Positions 18,746 through 29,649 of a stretch of DNA of 64,000 nt are shown in pieces. Below the pieces are notes generated by a model. It was given only the letters and a program-made list of their open reading frames with translations. It made no database searches and was not told the DNA's origin. Position 1 is the stretch's first letter. Each line of letters begins with the position of its first letter. The translations under genes and the position numbers were made by a program. Source of the DNA: Acidimicrobiia bacterium. GTDB taxonomy: Bacteria > Actinomycetota > Acidimicrobiia > Spongiisociales > ZC4RG35. The DNA lies in NCBI GenBank assembly GCA_965216905.1, contig OZ244213.1:2380089-2444088 (forward strand). The letters are read 5' to 3'.

Positions 18746-19495
18746 TCAGTGCTCGAGCGACTTCAGGGCATCCAAGATGGAGTCGACGTTCGGCTGTCCG
18801 ATCTCGCCGACGACCGAGCCGTCCCGGAGGAAGACCGCCCGGTCGCTGAAGGCCGCCGCCGACGGATCGTGGGTCACCATGACGATGGTCTGCTCGAAGC
18901 CGTCGACCGCCTTCCGCAAGAAACCCAGTAGCTCGGCCGCGGACGTGGTGTCGAGATTGCCCGACGGCTCGTCGGCGAAGACGATGTCCGGCTTGGCGAC
19001 GAGGGCGCGCGCCGCTGCCACTCGTTGCTGCTGACCGCCGGACAACTCGGCGGGTCGGTGGCCCAGTCGATCCTCGAGCCCGAGGGTCTCGATCACCTGG
19101 TCTCGCCAGTCGGCGTCCACGTCGCGGCGGGCGATCCGGGATGGCAGCTCGATGTTCTCGGCGGCGGTGAGGGTCGGGAGGAGATTGAATGCCTGGAAGA
19201 TGAACCCAACGCGATCTCGGCGAAGCCGGGTCAACTCGTCGTCACCCAGGGTCGAGAGCTCGGTTTCGCCGATGCTGACAGTGCCCGACGTCAGCCGGTC
19301 GAGCCCCGCCATGCAGTGCATGAGCGTCGACTTCCCCGAACCCGATGGCCCCATGATCGAGACGAATGTGCCCCGGGTGACGCTGAGGTCGACCTCGCGC
19401 AGGGCGGTGACGGCGGTGTCACCCTCGCCGTAGATCTTGGTGGCACCGATGGCCTCGGCGACGTTGCTCAATGGCTCCTCCGGATGGTGAGCCAT
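18746..19495 (-). CDS. ABC transporter ATP-binding protein (MacB/LolD-like)
   Basis: Walker A GPSGSGKST, signature LSGGQQQRV, Walker B IVFADEPSGNLD. The track ORF extends to 19534; ATG at 19495 preferred. Confidence 0.85.
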   Translation of the reverse strand: MAHHPEEPLSNVAEAIGATKIYGEGDTAVTALREVDLSVTRGTFVSIMGPSGSGKSTLMHCMAGLDRLTSGTVSIGETELSTLGDDELTRLRRDRVGFIFQAFNLLPTLTAAENIELPSRIARRDVDADWRDQVIETLGLEDRLGHRPAELSGGQQQRVAAARALVAKPDIVFADEPSGNLDTTSAAELLGFLRKAVDGFEQTIVMVTHDPSAAAFSDRAVFLRDGSVVGEIGQPNVDSILDALKSLEH

Positions 19496-19683
19496 CGACG
19501 GTAGTGCTCGTCGCCGGAGACCAGAATCCCGCATCCTGAACCCGTTTCATGGGGCGCACGTCGGAGGCCGGGCCTCCTGGTCCGGTGTCGGTCCCGGGAC
19601 GCTCCCCGACGGGCCTTCGCCCCGGGTGGGCGGTCGACCCCGGCCGCGCCCCTATCCCACGCCTCCGGTACCATTCCCTCCAC

Positions 19684-22293
19684 ATGTCCCTCTTCACCAA
19701 GATTCTGCGCGCCGGTGAGGGCAAGGCGCTCAAAGAGCTGCAGCAGATGGCGGTCGCCGTCAATGCGCTCGAGCCCGAGATTCAAGCCCTCTCCGACGAC
19801 GACCTTCAAGCCAAGACTCCAGCCTTTCGCGAGCAGATCGAGCGAGGCGCCACCCTCGACGACCTGGCGATCGAGGCGTTTGCCGTAGTGCGCGAGGCCG
19901 CCGTGCGTGTCCTCGGGCAGCGTCACTACGACGTCCAGATCGTCGGTGGTGGAGCGCTCCACCGGGGCATGGTTGCCGAGATGAGGACCGGTGAGGGGAA
20001 GACGCTCGTCTCCACGCTTCCCGTCTACCTGAACGCCTTGGGCGGCGACGGGGTTCACGTCGTGACCGTCAACGACTACCTGGCATCTCGTGACGCCGAG
20101 TGGATGGGCGGCGTCCACCGATACCTGGGGCTCACGGTGGGCCTCATCCAGTCGGGCATGGCCCCGGCCGACCGCCGGCCGGCGTACGCGGCCGATGTCA
20201 CGTATGGGACGAACAACGAGTTCGGATTCGACTACCTGCGGGACAACATGGCGATGCGAGTCGCAGACATGGTGCAGCGCGGACACTCCTACGCCATCGT
20301 CGACGAGGTCGATTCGATCCTCATCGACGAGGCACGGACACCGCTCATCATCTCCGGTCGGGTGGCGGACTCGGCGCGCCGCTACGACGAGTTCGCACGG
20401 GTCGTCACGATGCTCGACCGCGACAAGCACTACGAGGTCGATGAGGCGAAGCGTCAGGTCCTCGTGAACGAGGACGGTGTGGCCGCGGTCGAGGACATGC
20501 TGGGAGTCGACAACCTCTACGACCAGGTGCAGGTCGACCTGGTGCATCACCTCGAGACCGCGTTGAAAGCCAAGGAGCTGTACCACGACGACATCGATTA
20601 CCTCGTCGAAGACGGGGAGGTGAAGATCGTCGACGACTTCACCGGTCGGAAGCTGGAAGGCAGGCGCTACTCGGAGGGTCTCCACCAGGCCATCGAGGCC
20701 AAAGAGGGCGTGGCGATCAAGGACGAGACACAGACGCTGGCGACGATCACGCTGCAGAATTACTTCCGCCTCTACGAGAAGCTGGCCGGCATGACGGGGA
20801 CCGCCGAGACCGAGGCGGCGGAGCTGGCCCAGATCTATGACCTCCAGGTGGTGGTCGTACCCACCAACCGTCCGATCGCGCGGATGGACCAACCGGACCT
20901 CGTCTACAAGACGGAGATGGCCAAGTACACGGCGGTGGTCGACGAGGTGGCCGAGCGGAATGCTGCCGGCCAACCGGTTCTGCTCGGCACGGTATCCATC
21001 GAGAAGTCCGAGCTGGTGTCGAACCTCCTCAAGAAGCGCGGAATCGCCCACGAGGTTCTGAACGCCAAGCAGCATCAGCGTGAGGCGACGATCATCGCTC
21101 AGGCCGGTCAGCCCGGGTCGGTGACGGTCGCCACCAACATGGCGGGTCGTGGTGTCGACATCATGCTGGGCGGGAACACCGAGGCGCTCGCCAAGCTCCG
21201 GCTGGTGCGCGACGGAGTCGAGCCCGACGCCGACGACTACGACGACCGCCTCGCTGGTCTGATGGCCGAGTACGGAGGCCAGATCGCCGCCGACCGGGAG
21301 AAGGTGAAGTCCGCGGGCGGACTCTACGTGCTCGGAACCGAGCGCCACGAGAGCCGCCGCATCGACAATCAGCTCCGCGGCAGGTCGGGTCGCCAGGGCG
21401 ACCCGGGAGAGTCGCGGTTCTACCTCTCGCTCGAAGACGACCTCATGCGTCGATTCCAGGGGGAACGGGTCGCCACGCTGATGGAGCGGCTGCGAATGCC
21501 CGAGGATCAACCGATCGAGCACAAGTGGATCACGAATGCAGTGGAGCGTGCGCAGGCTCAGGTCGAGTCGCAGAACTTCGAGATCCGGAAGAACGTGTTG
21601 AAGTACGACGAGGTGATGAACGCCCAACGCGAAGTCGTCTACGAGTGGCGGGAAGGAATCCTCCGGAACGAGGCGACCTCGGAGCTGGCGAGGAGCTGGC
21701 TCGAGGAAGTGATCGCCAACACGGTGGATGACTCGGTCGGGGAAGGTCCCCCCGCTTCCTGGGACTGGGATCTCCTGAACACCGAGCTGAACCAGTTCTT
21801 CCCCGTCGACGTGTCGATGGAGCGCTTCGGCTCCGGCATCACGGTGGACGATGTCATCGATCGGGTGCTCGACGACGCCCACGAGGCCTATGCCGCCCGA
21901 GAGAAGGAACTCGGTTCCGACGTGTTCTCGCAGGTCGAGCGGAGCGTGATGCTCACGGTGATCGACAACAAGTGGCGTGAGAACCTGGCGGACATGGACT
22001 ATCTCCGGGCCGGAATCGGGCTCCGAGCCATGGGGCAACGAGATCCGCTGTCGGAGTATCAACGCGAGGGCTATGACAACTTCACCGAGATGGTCGAATC
22101 TGTGAAGCGCGATGCGGTCCGATACCTCTTCCGGGTCCAGGTCGCCAAGCCCGAGACCGCCCCGCCGCCAAGGGTCGAGGCTCTCCCACAGGGGCAAAGG
22201 CAACGAGTGGTCAGCGAGAAGGTGGGTCGGAATCAGCCATGCCCGTGTGGAAGTGGGAAGAAGTACAAGATGTGTCACGGGCGGTCGTCCTGA
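19684..22293 (+). CDS. secA: preprotein translocase ATPase SecA
   Basis: Internal ATG ([14 protein letters not shown]) of track ORF 19549..22293. DEAD-motor motifs present. C-terminal zinc finger [14 protein letters not shown]. Confidence 0.95.
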   Translation: MSLFTKILRAGEGKALKELQQMAVAVNALEPEIQALSDDDLQAKTPAFREQIERGATLDDLAIEAFAVVREAAVRVLGQRHYDVQIVGGGALHRGMVAEMRTGEGKTLVSTLPVYLNALGGDGVHVVTVNDYLASRDAEWMGGVHRYLGLTVGLIQSGMAPADRRPAYAADVTYGTNNEFGFDYLRDNMAMRVADMVQRGHSYAIVDEVDSILIDEARTPLIISGRVADSARRYDEFARVVTMLDRDKHYEVDEAKRQVLVNEDGVAAVEDMLGVDNLYDQVQVDLVHHLETALKAKELYHDDIDYLVEDGEVKIVDDFTGRKLEGRRYSEGLHQAIEAKEGVAIKDETQTLATITLQNYFRLYEKLAGMTGTAETEAAELAQIYDLQVVVVPTNRPIARMDQPDLVYKTEMAKYTAVVDEVAERNAAGQPVLLGTVSIEKSELVSNLLKKRGIAHEVLNAKQHQREATIIAQAGQPGSVTVATNMAGRGVDIMLGGNTEALAKLRLVRDGVEPDADDYDDRLAGLMAEYGGQIAADREKVKSAGGLYVLGTERHESRRIDNQLRGRSGRQGDPGESRFYLSLEDDLMRRFQGERVATLMERLRMPEDQPIEHKWITNAVERAQAQVESQNFEIRKNVLKYDEVMNAQREVVYEWREGILRNEATSELARSWLEEVIANTVDDSVGEGPPASWDWDLLNTELNQFFPVDVSMERFGSGITVDDVIDRVLDDAHEAYAAREKELGSDVFSQVERSVMLTVIDNKWRENLADMDYLRAGIGLRAMGQRDPLSEYQREGYDNFTEMVESVKRDAVRYLFRVQVAKPETAPPPRVEALPQGQRQRVVSEKVGRNQPCPCGSGKKYKMCHGRSS

Positions 22294-22362
22294 ACGGATC
22301 GTCGCCCGGGGCCCGGCCGGCATCGGAGGGCGAGCGACCTTCCACTACCCTCAAACGCTCCC

Positions 22363-23485
22363 ATGAGTGACTTCACCGACCCACGCGCCTACCTCTCCGA
22401 GCTTCGTATCCGACTCGACGAAGCCAGGAGGTTCCTTTGACGTCGAAACGAAGGCGACCGAGCTCGACGAGCTGAGAGCGCAGGCGGCCTCGCCCGGTCT
22501 GTGGGACGACCCGGATGCTGCCCGAGTGGTCACCCAACGGCTCAACCGTCACGAGTCGGTCCTCGGCCTGGTCGACGACCTCACGACGAAACTCGATGAC
22601 GCCGAGGTGCTCATCGAGTTCGGCGACGAGGAGTCGATGACCGAGGCGCGATCCTCACTGACCGAGGCGGGTTCGGAACTCGACCGGTTGGAGTTCGAGT
22701 CGTTGTACTTCGGCGAGTACGACGAACTCCCCGCCATCGTGACGGTCTACCCGGGGGCGGGTGGCGTCGATGCTCAGGACTGGGCCGAGATGATGGTTCG
22801 CATGTACGAGCGATACCTGACCGGGAAGGGCTTCACGGTGACGTTCGACGAGTGGACCGAGGGAGAAGAGGCGGGAATCAAGTCCGTGACGATGTCGGTG
22901 GACGGAGATCGTGCCTACGGGATCCTCGAAGGTGAGCGCGGCGTACACCGGTTGGTCCGAATCAGTCCGTTCGACTCCAACGCCCGACGCCAGACGTCGT
23001 TCGCCGGAGTCGACGTGGTCCCCGACGTCGGCGATGCCGCCGACGTGGAGATCAACGAGGAAGAGCTGCGGATCGACACCTACCGGAGCCAGGGTGCCGG
23101 TGGCCAGCACGTCAACACCACCGATTCGGCAGTGCGGATCACCCATCTCCCCACCGGGGTGGTCGTCTCCTGCCAGAACGAGCGTTCCCAGCTCCAGAAC
23201 CGGATGAAGGCGATGGCGCACCTCAAGTCGAAGCTCGCCGAGTTGGCCCGCCAAGAGCGGGAGGCGCAGCTGCAGGAGATCCGCGGGGAACAGAGCGAGG
23301 CGGCGTGGGGCCGCCAGATTCGCTCCTACGTCCTCCAGCCGTATCAGATGGTCAAGGACCTGCGCACCAACCACGAGAGTGGCAACGTCCCGGCGATCCT
23401 CGACGGGGACATCGACGATTTCGTCGAGGCGTATCTCCGATGGCGCCGGGCACGTCACGAGGCGGCCGGCGCGGTCTCGGATTGA
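22363..23485 (+). CDS. prfB: peptide chain release factor 2, with programmed +1 ribosomal frameshift: join(22363..22437,22439..23485)
   Basis: The short frame-0 ORF MSDFTDPRAYLSELRIRLDEARRFL ends at UGA within AGGAGG-ttc-CTT-TGA-C. The +1 frame continues as DVETKATELD... with GGQ (SQGAGGQHVN) and SPF-region motifs of RF2. Confidence 0.9.
22426..22441 (+). promoter_or_regulatory. prfB: prfB autoregulatory +1 frameshift site (internal SD AGGAGG, slippery CUU, in-frame UGA, C)
   Basis: Sequence aggaggttcctttgac, the canonical RF2 frameshift cassette. Confidence 0.85.
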
Positions 23486-23633
23486 TCCGAATTACCGAGG
23501 GGCACTGGTACGCTTGCCTGACCGCCAGAGCGACGCAGAATGTGGCGCGCCCGAAGGTGGATTCAAGGCTTGATTTCAAGGGTTCGAGTGGCATCGAGGG
23601 GGCACTTGGATCCGGGACGCGGAAGCGTGAGAC

Positions 23634-24539
23634 ATGATCCGGTTGGAGAACGTGACAAAGGTCTACGAGGGCGGCACGGTTGCCGCCCGCGACGTCGACC
23701 TCGACATCAAACGGGGTGAGTTCGTGTTCCTCGTCGGCGCCTCGGGCTCCGGCAAGTCCACGCTCATCCGTTTGATGCTCCGCCAAGAGCCACTGACCCG
23801 GGGCACGATCTGGGTGGCCGGCAAGGACATCACGGCGCTCCCCAATTGGAAGGTGCCGTATCTGCGACGCTCGATCGGGACGGTGTTTCAGGACTTCAAG
23901 CTCCTCCCCAACAAGACCGTCTTCGAGAACGTCGCATTCGCGCTCGAGGTGATCGGACGGCCTCGGGGCGTCATCGGTCCGCAGGTCGGACAGGTGCTGG
24001 AGTTGGTCGGTCTTTCGGAGATGCGCGACCGGCTGCCACGCCAGCTCTCGGGCGGTGAGCAGCAGAGGGTCTCGGTGGCGCGAGCCTTCGTGAACCGTCC
24101 GCCGATCCTGCTGGCCGACGAGCCGACCGGGAACCTCGACCCCAACACCTCGGTTGGCATCATGCGCTTGCTGGACAGGATCAACAAAGCCGGGACCACG
24201 GTGGTGATGGCGACCCACGACCACGCCATCGTCGATGCGATGAAGCGCAGGGTGGTGGCGATCGAACAGGGTGCGATCGTTCGCGACCAGGCGTCGGGGC
24301 GATATGAGCAGCACGTGGCGGCGGTCCAGGCCAGCGCCGACGGAGAGAACGGACCCGAGGTCCTTCCCCCTCCGCCGGCCGTGGCACCGCCGGCCGCAAC
24401 ACCACCCGGCGTGGCACCGCCCCTCGACGCGCCCATCGACGCGTTGTCGATGACCGGCCAGCCGGTGAGTTCTGCCACCCCAGCAACCGTTCCCGACGGG
24501 CCGGTGGCCGACGACGGTGACGACGGGGAGTCGGAATGA
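23634..24539 (+). CDS. ftsE: cell-division ABC ATPase FtsE (with about 70-aa Pro/Ala-rich C-terminal extension)
   Basis: Walker [10 protein letters not shown], signature LSGGEQQRV. Positioned upstream of ftsX. Confidence 0.9.
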   Translation: MIRLENVTKVYEGGTVAARDVDLDIKRGEFVFLVGASGSGKSTLIRLMLRQEPLTRGTIWVAGKDITALPNWKVPYLRRSIGTVFQDFKLLPNKTVFENVAFALEVIGRPRGVIGPQVGQVLELVGLSEMRDRLPRQLSGGEQQRVSVARAFVNRPPILLADEPTGNLDPNTSVGIMRLLDRINKAGTTVVMATHDHAIVDAMKRRVVAIEQGAIVRDQASGRYEQHVAAVQASADGENGPEVLPPPPAVAPPAATPPGVAPPLDAPIDALSMTGQPVSSATPATVPDGPVADDGDDGESE

Positions 24540-25465
24540 CTCGCATTGCCTTCCTGGTGCGGGAAGCGCTGGTGAACCTCCGGCGCAACGCCCTGGTGGT
24601 CTCGGGAGCGGTGCTCGCCGTCTTCATCTCCCTGGCCCTGGCGTTCGGTGCGATCGTGCTCAACGAACTCGTGCGGGTGAACACCCTGGCCTGGCAGCAG
24701 GGGACCCACGTCATCGCCTGGATGAAAGACGAGGCCGCCGGTGGGCTTCCGTCCGATCAGCAACTCGCCTTTGCTCAGGAGATCGAGACGTGGGACGAGG
24801 TGAAGCCCCCCGTCGTCTATGCCGACAAGTTCCAGGCGTTCGAGGAGTTCAAGGAGCTGTTCGGCACGTCGCGCCCGGAGCTCATCGACCAGATCGATCC
24901 CACCGCCCTTCCGACCTCCGTCCGCATCGAGTTGAACGACATCGCCGAGTATCGGTCTGTCATCTTTCGTCTCCAGGCCGACCCGGCGGTTCGGGAAGTC
25001 ACCTCGTTGGGTGAGCAGATCGAACGGCTGGAGCAGTTGTCACAGGTGCTGAACGTCTTGGGTCTCGGCCTGGCCCTCATCCTCGGGGTGTCGGCGGTGA
25101 TCCTCATCGCCAATACGATTCGTATGGCGATCTACGCCCGCCGCGACGAGGTCTCGATCATGAAGCTGGTCGGGGCCTCCAACTGGTTCATCCGTGTGCC
25201 GTTCGTGCTCGAGGGGTTGATCGAGGGATTGCTGGGTTCGCTGCTGGCGGTGCTCGCCATCTGGATCTCGGCGCAGAGCCTCGGCGGGGTGAACGAGACG
25301 GTGCAGATCGTCCAGCTCCAGTTGCCCGGCTCGTTCTATCTGCGGTGGGGCATCTTGTTGGTGATGTTCGGCGCAGCCGCCGGCGTGGTCGGCTCACTGG
25401 TTGGCCTCAGCCGATACCTCAAAGAGGCGGACGTCGGCGGATTGCAGCCAACCGGCATGCGGTGA
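24536..25465 (+). CDS. ftsX: cell-division permease-like protein FtsX
   Basis: ATGA overlap with the ftsE stop. Four TM helices with a large extracytoplasmic loop. Confidence 0.9.
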   Translation: MTRIAFLVREALVNLRRNALVVSGAVLAVFISLALAFGAIVLNELVRVNTLAWQQGTHVIAWMKDEAAGGLPSDQQLAFAQEIETWDEVKPPVVYADKFQAFEEFKELFGTSRPELIDQIDPTALPTSVRIELNDIAEYRSVIFRLQADPAVREVTSLGEQIERLEQLSQVLNVLGLGLALILGVSAVILIANTIRMAIYARRDEVSIMKLVGASNWFIRVPFVLEGLIEGLLGSLLAVLAIWISAQSLGGVNETVQIVQLQLPGSFYLRWGILLVMFGAAAGVVGSLVGLSRYLKEADVGGLQPTGMR

Positions 25466-26664
25466 TGGGGCGCCTGCTCACACTCGGGCTGTGTGTGGCG
25501 CTCTTGTTGTTCGGGTTCACCCCGGTGCCCGATGCGTCCGCCGCCGACGCCGAGGAGCGCCTCGATGACATCCAGCAGCAGATCGACGACCTGACCGGGC
25601 AGATCTCGGCCGCCCGCGCCGAGCGCGGTTCGGTGGCCGCCGAGCTGGAAGCCGCCCGGGCGAACGTCACTCAGGTTCTCGGGGAGTTGGCGGCCGCCGA
25701 GTCGGCGGTGGCCGAAGTGGAGTTGTCCATCACCAAGGAGGAGGCCCGCCTGGCAGATCTCCAGCACCAGATCGCCGTGCTCACCGACGAGATCGCCGCG
25801 ACCCGCCAGTCGCTCGTGCAGAGCCGCGAGCACCTCGAAGCCCAGGCGGTGGCGTTGTACATGAGTGCCGCCTCGGGGATGGGTGCAACGTTCATGGGCT
25901 TCGAATCGACCGCCGACGCTGCCATCGGAATGACCTACTCGGGAGACGTGATCGACGCCACCGAAGCGGCGATTGGGCGATTCACTGCCCTCAGGAACGA
26001 GGAGGAGCGCCAGCAGGCCGACATCGACGCTCGGGCGGACGAGGTCGAGGTGGTTCTGGTCGAGTTGGCGGCGGAGAAAGAACGGCGGGACGCCGAGCTG
26101 GCCAAGGTCGAGGAGCTGCGAGCGCAGGCCGAGGCAGATGTGGCCGCGGCCCAGCGGCTGCTGGCTCGTATCACCGCGGACATCGCAGCCTTCGAAGACC
26201 ACATGGCCGGGCTCGAAGCCGAGTCGGCGCGAATCGAGGCGGAGATCCGGGCCGCTCAGGACTCGGGAGGCACCAACCCCGGCGCGCTCGGTTGGCCGGT
26301 GGCGGGCCGCGTCACCTCACCGTTCGGCTACCGCACGCACCCCATCCTCGGGACGCGACGCTTGCACGCCGGGATCGACATCGGGGCGGCATCGGGCTCG
26401 CCGATCTCGGCGGCCGAGAGCGGACGTGTGATCCTGGCGGGACCCAATGGTGGGTACGGCAACGCGGTCGTCATCGACCACGGGGGCGGCCTCTCCACCT
26501 TGTATGCCCACCAGTCTTCGATCGCGGTCTCCGCCGGTCAGCAGGTGCAGCGCGGTGATCTGGTCGGATATGTGGGTTGTACCGGACTGTGCACCGGCGC
26601 CCACCTCCACTTCGAGACCCGCGAGAATGCGGTTCCGGTCGATCCGATGAAGTACCTGGGCTGA
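25465..26664 (+). CDS. coiled-coil M23-family peptidoglycan metalloendopeptidase (EnvC-like, FtsEX partner)
   Basis: Start overlaps the ftsX stop (TGATG). Signal peptide, about 250 aa of coiled coil, then a C-terminal M23 domain (HAGIDIG ... HLHFE). Confidence 0.8.
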   Translation: MGRLLTLGLCVALLLFGFTPVPDASAADAEERLDDIQQQIDDLTGQISAARAERGSVAAELEAARANVTQVLGELAAAESAVAEVELSITKEEARLADLQHQIAVLTDEIAATRQSLVQSREHLEAQAVALYMSAASGMGATFMGFESTADAAIGMTYSGDVIDATEAAIGRFTALRNEEERQQADIDARADEVEVVLVELAAEKERRDAELAKVEELRAQAEADVAAAQRLLARITADIAAFEDHMAGLEAESARIEAEIRAAQDSGGTNPGALGWPVAGRVTSPFGYRTHPILGTRRLHAGIDIGAASGSPISAAESGRVILAGPNGGYGNAVVIDHGGGLSTLYAHQSSIAVSAGQQVQRGDLVGYVGCTGLCTGAHLHFETRENAVPVDPMKYLG

Positions 26665-26712
26665 CGGAATCGGTCACCGGAGTCGAGAAGCCAGGAGGGA
26701 GGTCGAGTCGAG

Positions 26713-27159
26713 ATGAAGGTCGTCACCACCAACCGGCGCGCCACGTACAACTACGAGATACTCGACCGGTTCGAGGCCGGACTCCAGTTGCTCGGCTCCG
26801 AGGTGAAGTCGCTGCGAGCCGGGCAGGTGAACCTCAAGGACTCCTTCGCACACGTCCGGCGCGGGGAAGTGTTTCTCGAGGGTGCGTACATCGCTCCACA
26901 CACCTTCAGCCATCGAGGCGGACACGACCCGGAGCGCTCCCGCAAGCTGCTTCTCCACCGGCGTGAGATCGACCAGATCGCCGCCAAGCTGGCAGAGAAG
27001 GGTCTGACCCTGATTCCGCTGAAGATCTACTTCAAAGGCGACCACGCCAAGGTGGAGCTGGGTCTGGGTCGAGGGAAACGGGCGTACGACAAGCGTCGCT
27101 CGATTCGGGAACGAGAGGAGAAGCGAGAGATGCAGCGGGCCCTGCGCAGGGCCCGCTGA
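26713..27159 (+). CDS. smpB: SsrA-binding protein SmpB
   Basis: Typical SmpB sequence and length, with a C-terminal basic tail. Confidence 0.95.
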   Translation: MKVVTTNRRATYNYEILDRFEAGLQLLGSEVKSLRAGQVNLKDSFAHVRRGEVFLEGAYIAPHTFSHRGGHDPERSRKLLLHRREIDQIAAKLAEKGLTLIPLKIYFKGDHAKVELGLGRGKRAYDKRRSIREREEKREMQRALRRAR

Positions 27160-27176
27160 TCTCGCCCTCCTGCGGC

Positions 27177-27875
27177 TTACTTCTTGCCCTTGCCGGCGTG
27201 GTCGGGACGGCCTTGGCCGGCGTGCTCGGGACGGTTGCCCCGATCTTCCTTGTCCCGGTCGGCCTTGTTCTGGCGGCCCTTGGCTTCACCGGACTTGCCG
27301 GGCGCTTCGTCACGGTCGGCCTTCCCGTGAACGCAGTCGACCTCGTCGATCTCCAGCATGACGGAGGAGACGGTTGCCTCTTCGGTCGAGGTCTCGGGAT
27401 CGGTCGATTCTTCGACGTCGCCGGTCTTGACCTGCTGGTCGCCCTTCCCCCAATCGGTCTGGGCGATGTGACGAACCAGGCATCCCTTGCCCTTGAACGG
27501 GAGTTCCATGCCTTTGAGGGCCTTGACGAAGGCGCTGACGATCGTGCCGTGATTGACCTGGCCGTTGGGGCCGGTGGCGTCGACGACATCGAGTTCGCAA
27601 AGGTCCGCGACCTCGACCTCGTCGTCCGGCGAGTTGATGGTGGCGGTCTCACCGTCGTCGGAGTGGGTGACCTCGGTCGACTCCTCGGATTCCTCGAGGT
27701 CGGCGCAGGCCCGCTCGGCGTCTTCGAGTGCCTCGATGCCGATGACCAGGACCCGGATCTCGTCGTCGTAGCCCCGGATGAAGGACGTGTCGGTGGGTGC
27801 GGCGAGCGCCGGGAGCGCCGTGGTCGCAACGAGCAAACCGACGGCGAGTGTCAACAGTCGTGAAGGCTTTCGCAT
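27177..27875 (-). CDS. secreted acidic hypothetical protein (signal peptide, 4 Cys, Lys-rich C-terminal tail)
   Basis: Internal ATG (MRKPSRLLTLAVGLLVATTALPALA) of track ORF 27177..27923. AxA signal-peptidase site. No recognisable domain. Confidence 0.5.
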   Translation of the reverse strand: MRKPSRLLTLAVGLLVATTALPALAAPTDTSFIRGYDDEIRVLVIGIEALEDAERACADLEESEESTEVTHSDDGETATINSPDDEVEVADLCELDVVDATGPNGQVNHGTIVSAFVKALKGMELPFKGKGCLVRHIAQTDWGKGDQQVKTGDVEESTDPETSTEEATVSSVMLEIDEVDCVHGKADRDEAPGKSGEAKGRQNKADRDKEDRGNRPEHAGQGRPDHAGKGKK

Positions 27876-27954
27876 CTTCCTCTTCCCCCGAGGTAGCTGT
27901 CGATGGTCGGCTCCTAGTCGCATTCGAGCGGCTGCCGTTACGGGAGAAACGCTC

Positions 27955-27960
27955 TACACT
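27955..27960 (+). promoter_or_regulatory. candidate -10 element (TACACT) for ssrA
   Basis: Hexamer 14 nt upstream of the tmRNA 5' end; weak -35 match. Confidence 0.25.
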
Positions 27961-27974
27961 CGTCTCATGCACCT

Positions 27975-28337
27975 GGGGGTGTACTGGTTTCGACGTTGAG
28001 TGTCGAAGCGCCGGAAGCGAGCCGAGGTCTCCGGAGTCCTCGTTAAAGAGCCGGAACCAACCAACAAGTGCCGAAGACAACTTCGCACTGGCTGCCTGAG
28101 CTAACACCTCGGTAGTAGCCCGTCCGACCGGAGGGAACCTGCCTCGCCGGACCCGGGCGTCGTAAAGCAGGATGCTCTCGGTGGGATCGGGACGCCGAGC
28201 TAAGACGATTCCGATGTAGGTGACGAGGGGTTCGTGCCATCAGCGTCCTCGCACCGAAACGCTCGCTGATGGCTGCGCTCGGAGAAGCGGCGTGGAAGGC
28301 TCGGCGGACCGGGGTTCGATTCCCCGCACCTCCACCA
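27975..28337 (+). ncRNA. ssrA: transfer-messenger RNA (tmRNA)
   Basis: 5' GGGGGUGUACUGGUUUCGACG, 3' tRNA-like end GGGGUUCGAUUCCCCGCACCUCCACCA with encoded CCA. Internal tag ORF GCC GAA GAC AAC TTC GCA CTG GCT GCC TGA gives AEDNFALAA, stop at 28097-28099. Downstream of smpB. Confidence 0.9.
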
Positions 28338-28372
28338 TTGCCGATCTCGTCGCGCCCGGCCGACGGTTTTTC

Positions 28373-29649
28373 TCACGACAGCGTGCTGCACCATTCGGCG
28401 ACGGCGTCCAGGTATGCCGCCACCTGCGCGTCGGTGATCTCGATCGACAGGGCGAGGAACCCGCGCGGCGCGACAAAGAAGCCCGCGGCCAGGGACGCGA
28501 AGAACCACATCTGGCGTACTCGTCGGTCCGCGGTCGCGAGATCGTCGATGCTCGCGACCGGCCCGGCGACCGGATGGACACCGATGATGGAACCCAGCCC
28601 GGTGGCACACATCGGGATCCCGTGATGGTCGAATGTCTCGTTCAGCTCCATGCGAAGGCGGTCACCCCGCCGGTTGAGGTCGGCCAGCGTGTCGTCGTCG
28701 AGGGCTCCCAGCGCGGCGACGCCGGCAGCCATGGTGATGACGTTGTTGTTGAAGGTCCCGGCGTGGGCCAGGTCGCCGCCGGCCGAAGGGTCAAAGGCGG
28801 CCATGATGGAGGCCCCGCCTCCGAAGGCGCCGAAGCTCATGCCGCCTGCGAGGTACTTCCCGAGCGTCGTCAGATCGGGAATCACTTCCACGGCGGATTG
28901 CAGCCCACCCGGTGCCAGCCGCGACGTCATGACCTCGTCGAAGATGAGTACCGCCCCATGCGCATTGGCGAGGTGCCGGAGCCCTGCCAGGAACTCCGGC
29001 CGGCCGGCGATGCCACCGGCCGAGCCCTGCATCGGTTCCACGAGGATGCACGCCACGTCCCCATCCCGGGCGAAGACCCGTTCCACCGAGGCCAAATCGT
29101 TGTAGGTGGCGGGCAGCCACCGGTGGGGAACGTTCACCGCACGGCCCGACCGGCCGAAGGTGAGCACCCCGCCGTGGTATGCGCCATCGAAGATCACCAC
29201 TCCGGTCCGGCCGGTGTGATGGAGGGCGGCCGCCAGCGCCATGAGGTTGGCCTCGGTGCCCGAGTTCGTGAAGCGGACCCGTTCGACGGAGGGGAAGCGG
29301 TCGACGACCAGCTCGGCGAGTCGAACCTCGTCCCCGTGGGGTGCACCCAGGGCAATCCCGCGACCGAGGCTCCGTGCACGGCGTCGACGATGGCGGCCGG
29401 GGAGTGGCCGAACAGTCCGGCCGTGTAGTTGCCCGCCAGATCGACGTACTGGTGACCATCCACGTCGTGAATGATCGCCGTCTCTGCTCGAGTGACCCGG
29501 ATGGGGAACGGATCGAAGTGCAGCACGCTCCGGGTATTGCCGCCTGGCATCACCCGGAGCGCCCGCTCGAACCATTGTCGACTCAACGGATGTCGGTCGG
29601 CGTAGGCCTTTTGGGCGGCCTCGACCCGGGCATCGAGATCGTTGATCAC
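28373..29649 (-). pseudogene. class-III (glutamate-1-semialdehyde aminomutase-like) aminotransferase, interrupted by a frameshift near 29360-29370
   Basis: N-terminal 95 aa (track ORF 29194..29649, ...FERALRVMPGGNTRSV...AAIVDAVHGAS) and the remainder (track ORF 28373..29575, from ...SLGRGIALGAPHGDEV..., with FTNSGTEANLMA motif) are contiguous parts of one aminotransferase in two frames. GTGA start-stop overlap with the upstream flavoprotein gene. Confidence 0.6.

Noticed and set aside
19468-22323. 951-aa minus-strand ORF covering the whole secA locus
   Set aside because: Antisense to an unambiguous secA gene; an artefact of stop-codon depletion in GC-rich sequence.
27975-28337. Possibility that the tRNA-like 3' end is an ordinary tRNA-Ala gene rather than tmRNA
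   Set aside because: The 5' GGGGGUG pairs with the 3' CACCUCC across 350 nt. An internal tag ORF ending ALAA-stop and the smpB neighbourhood identify it as tmRNA.
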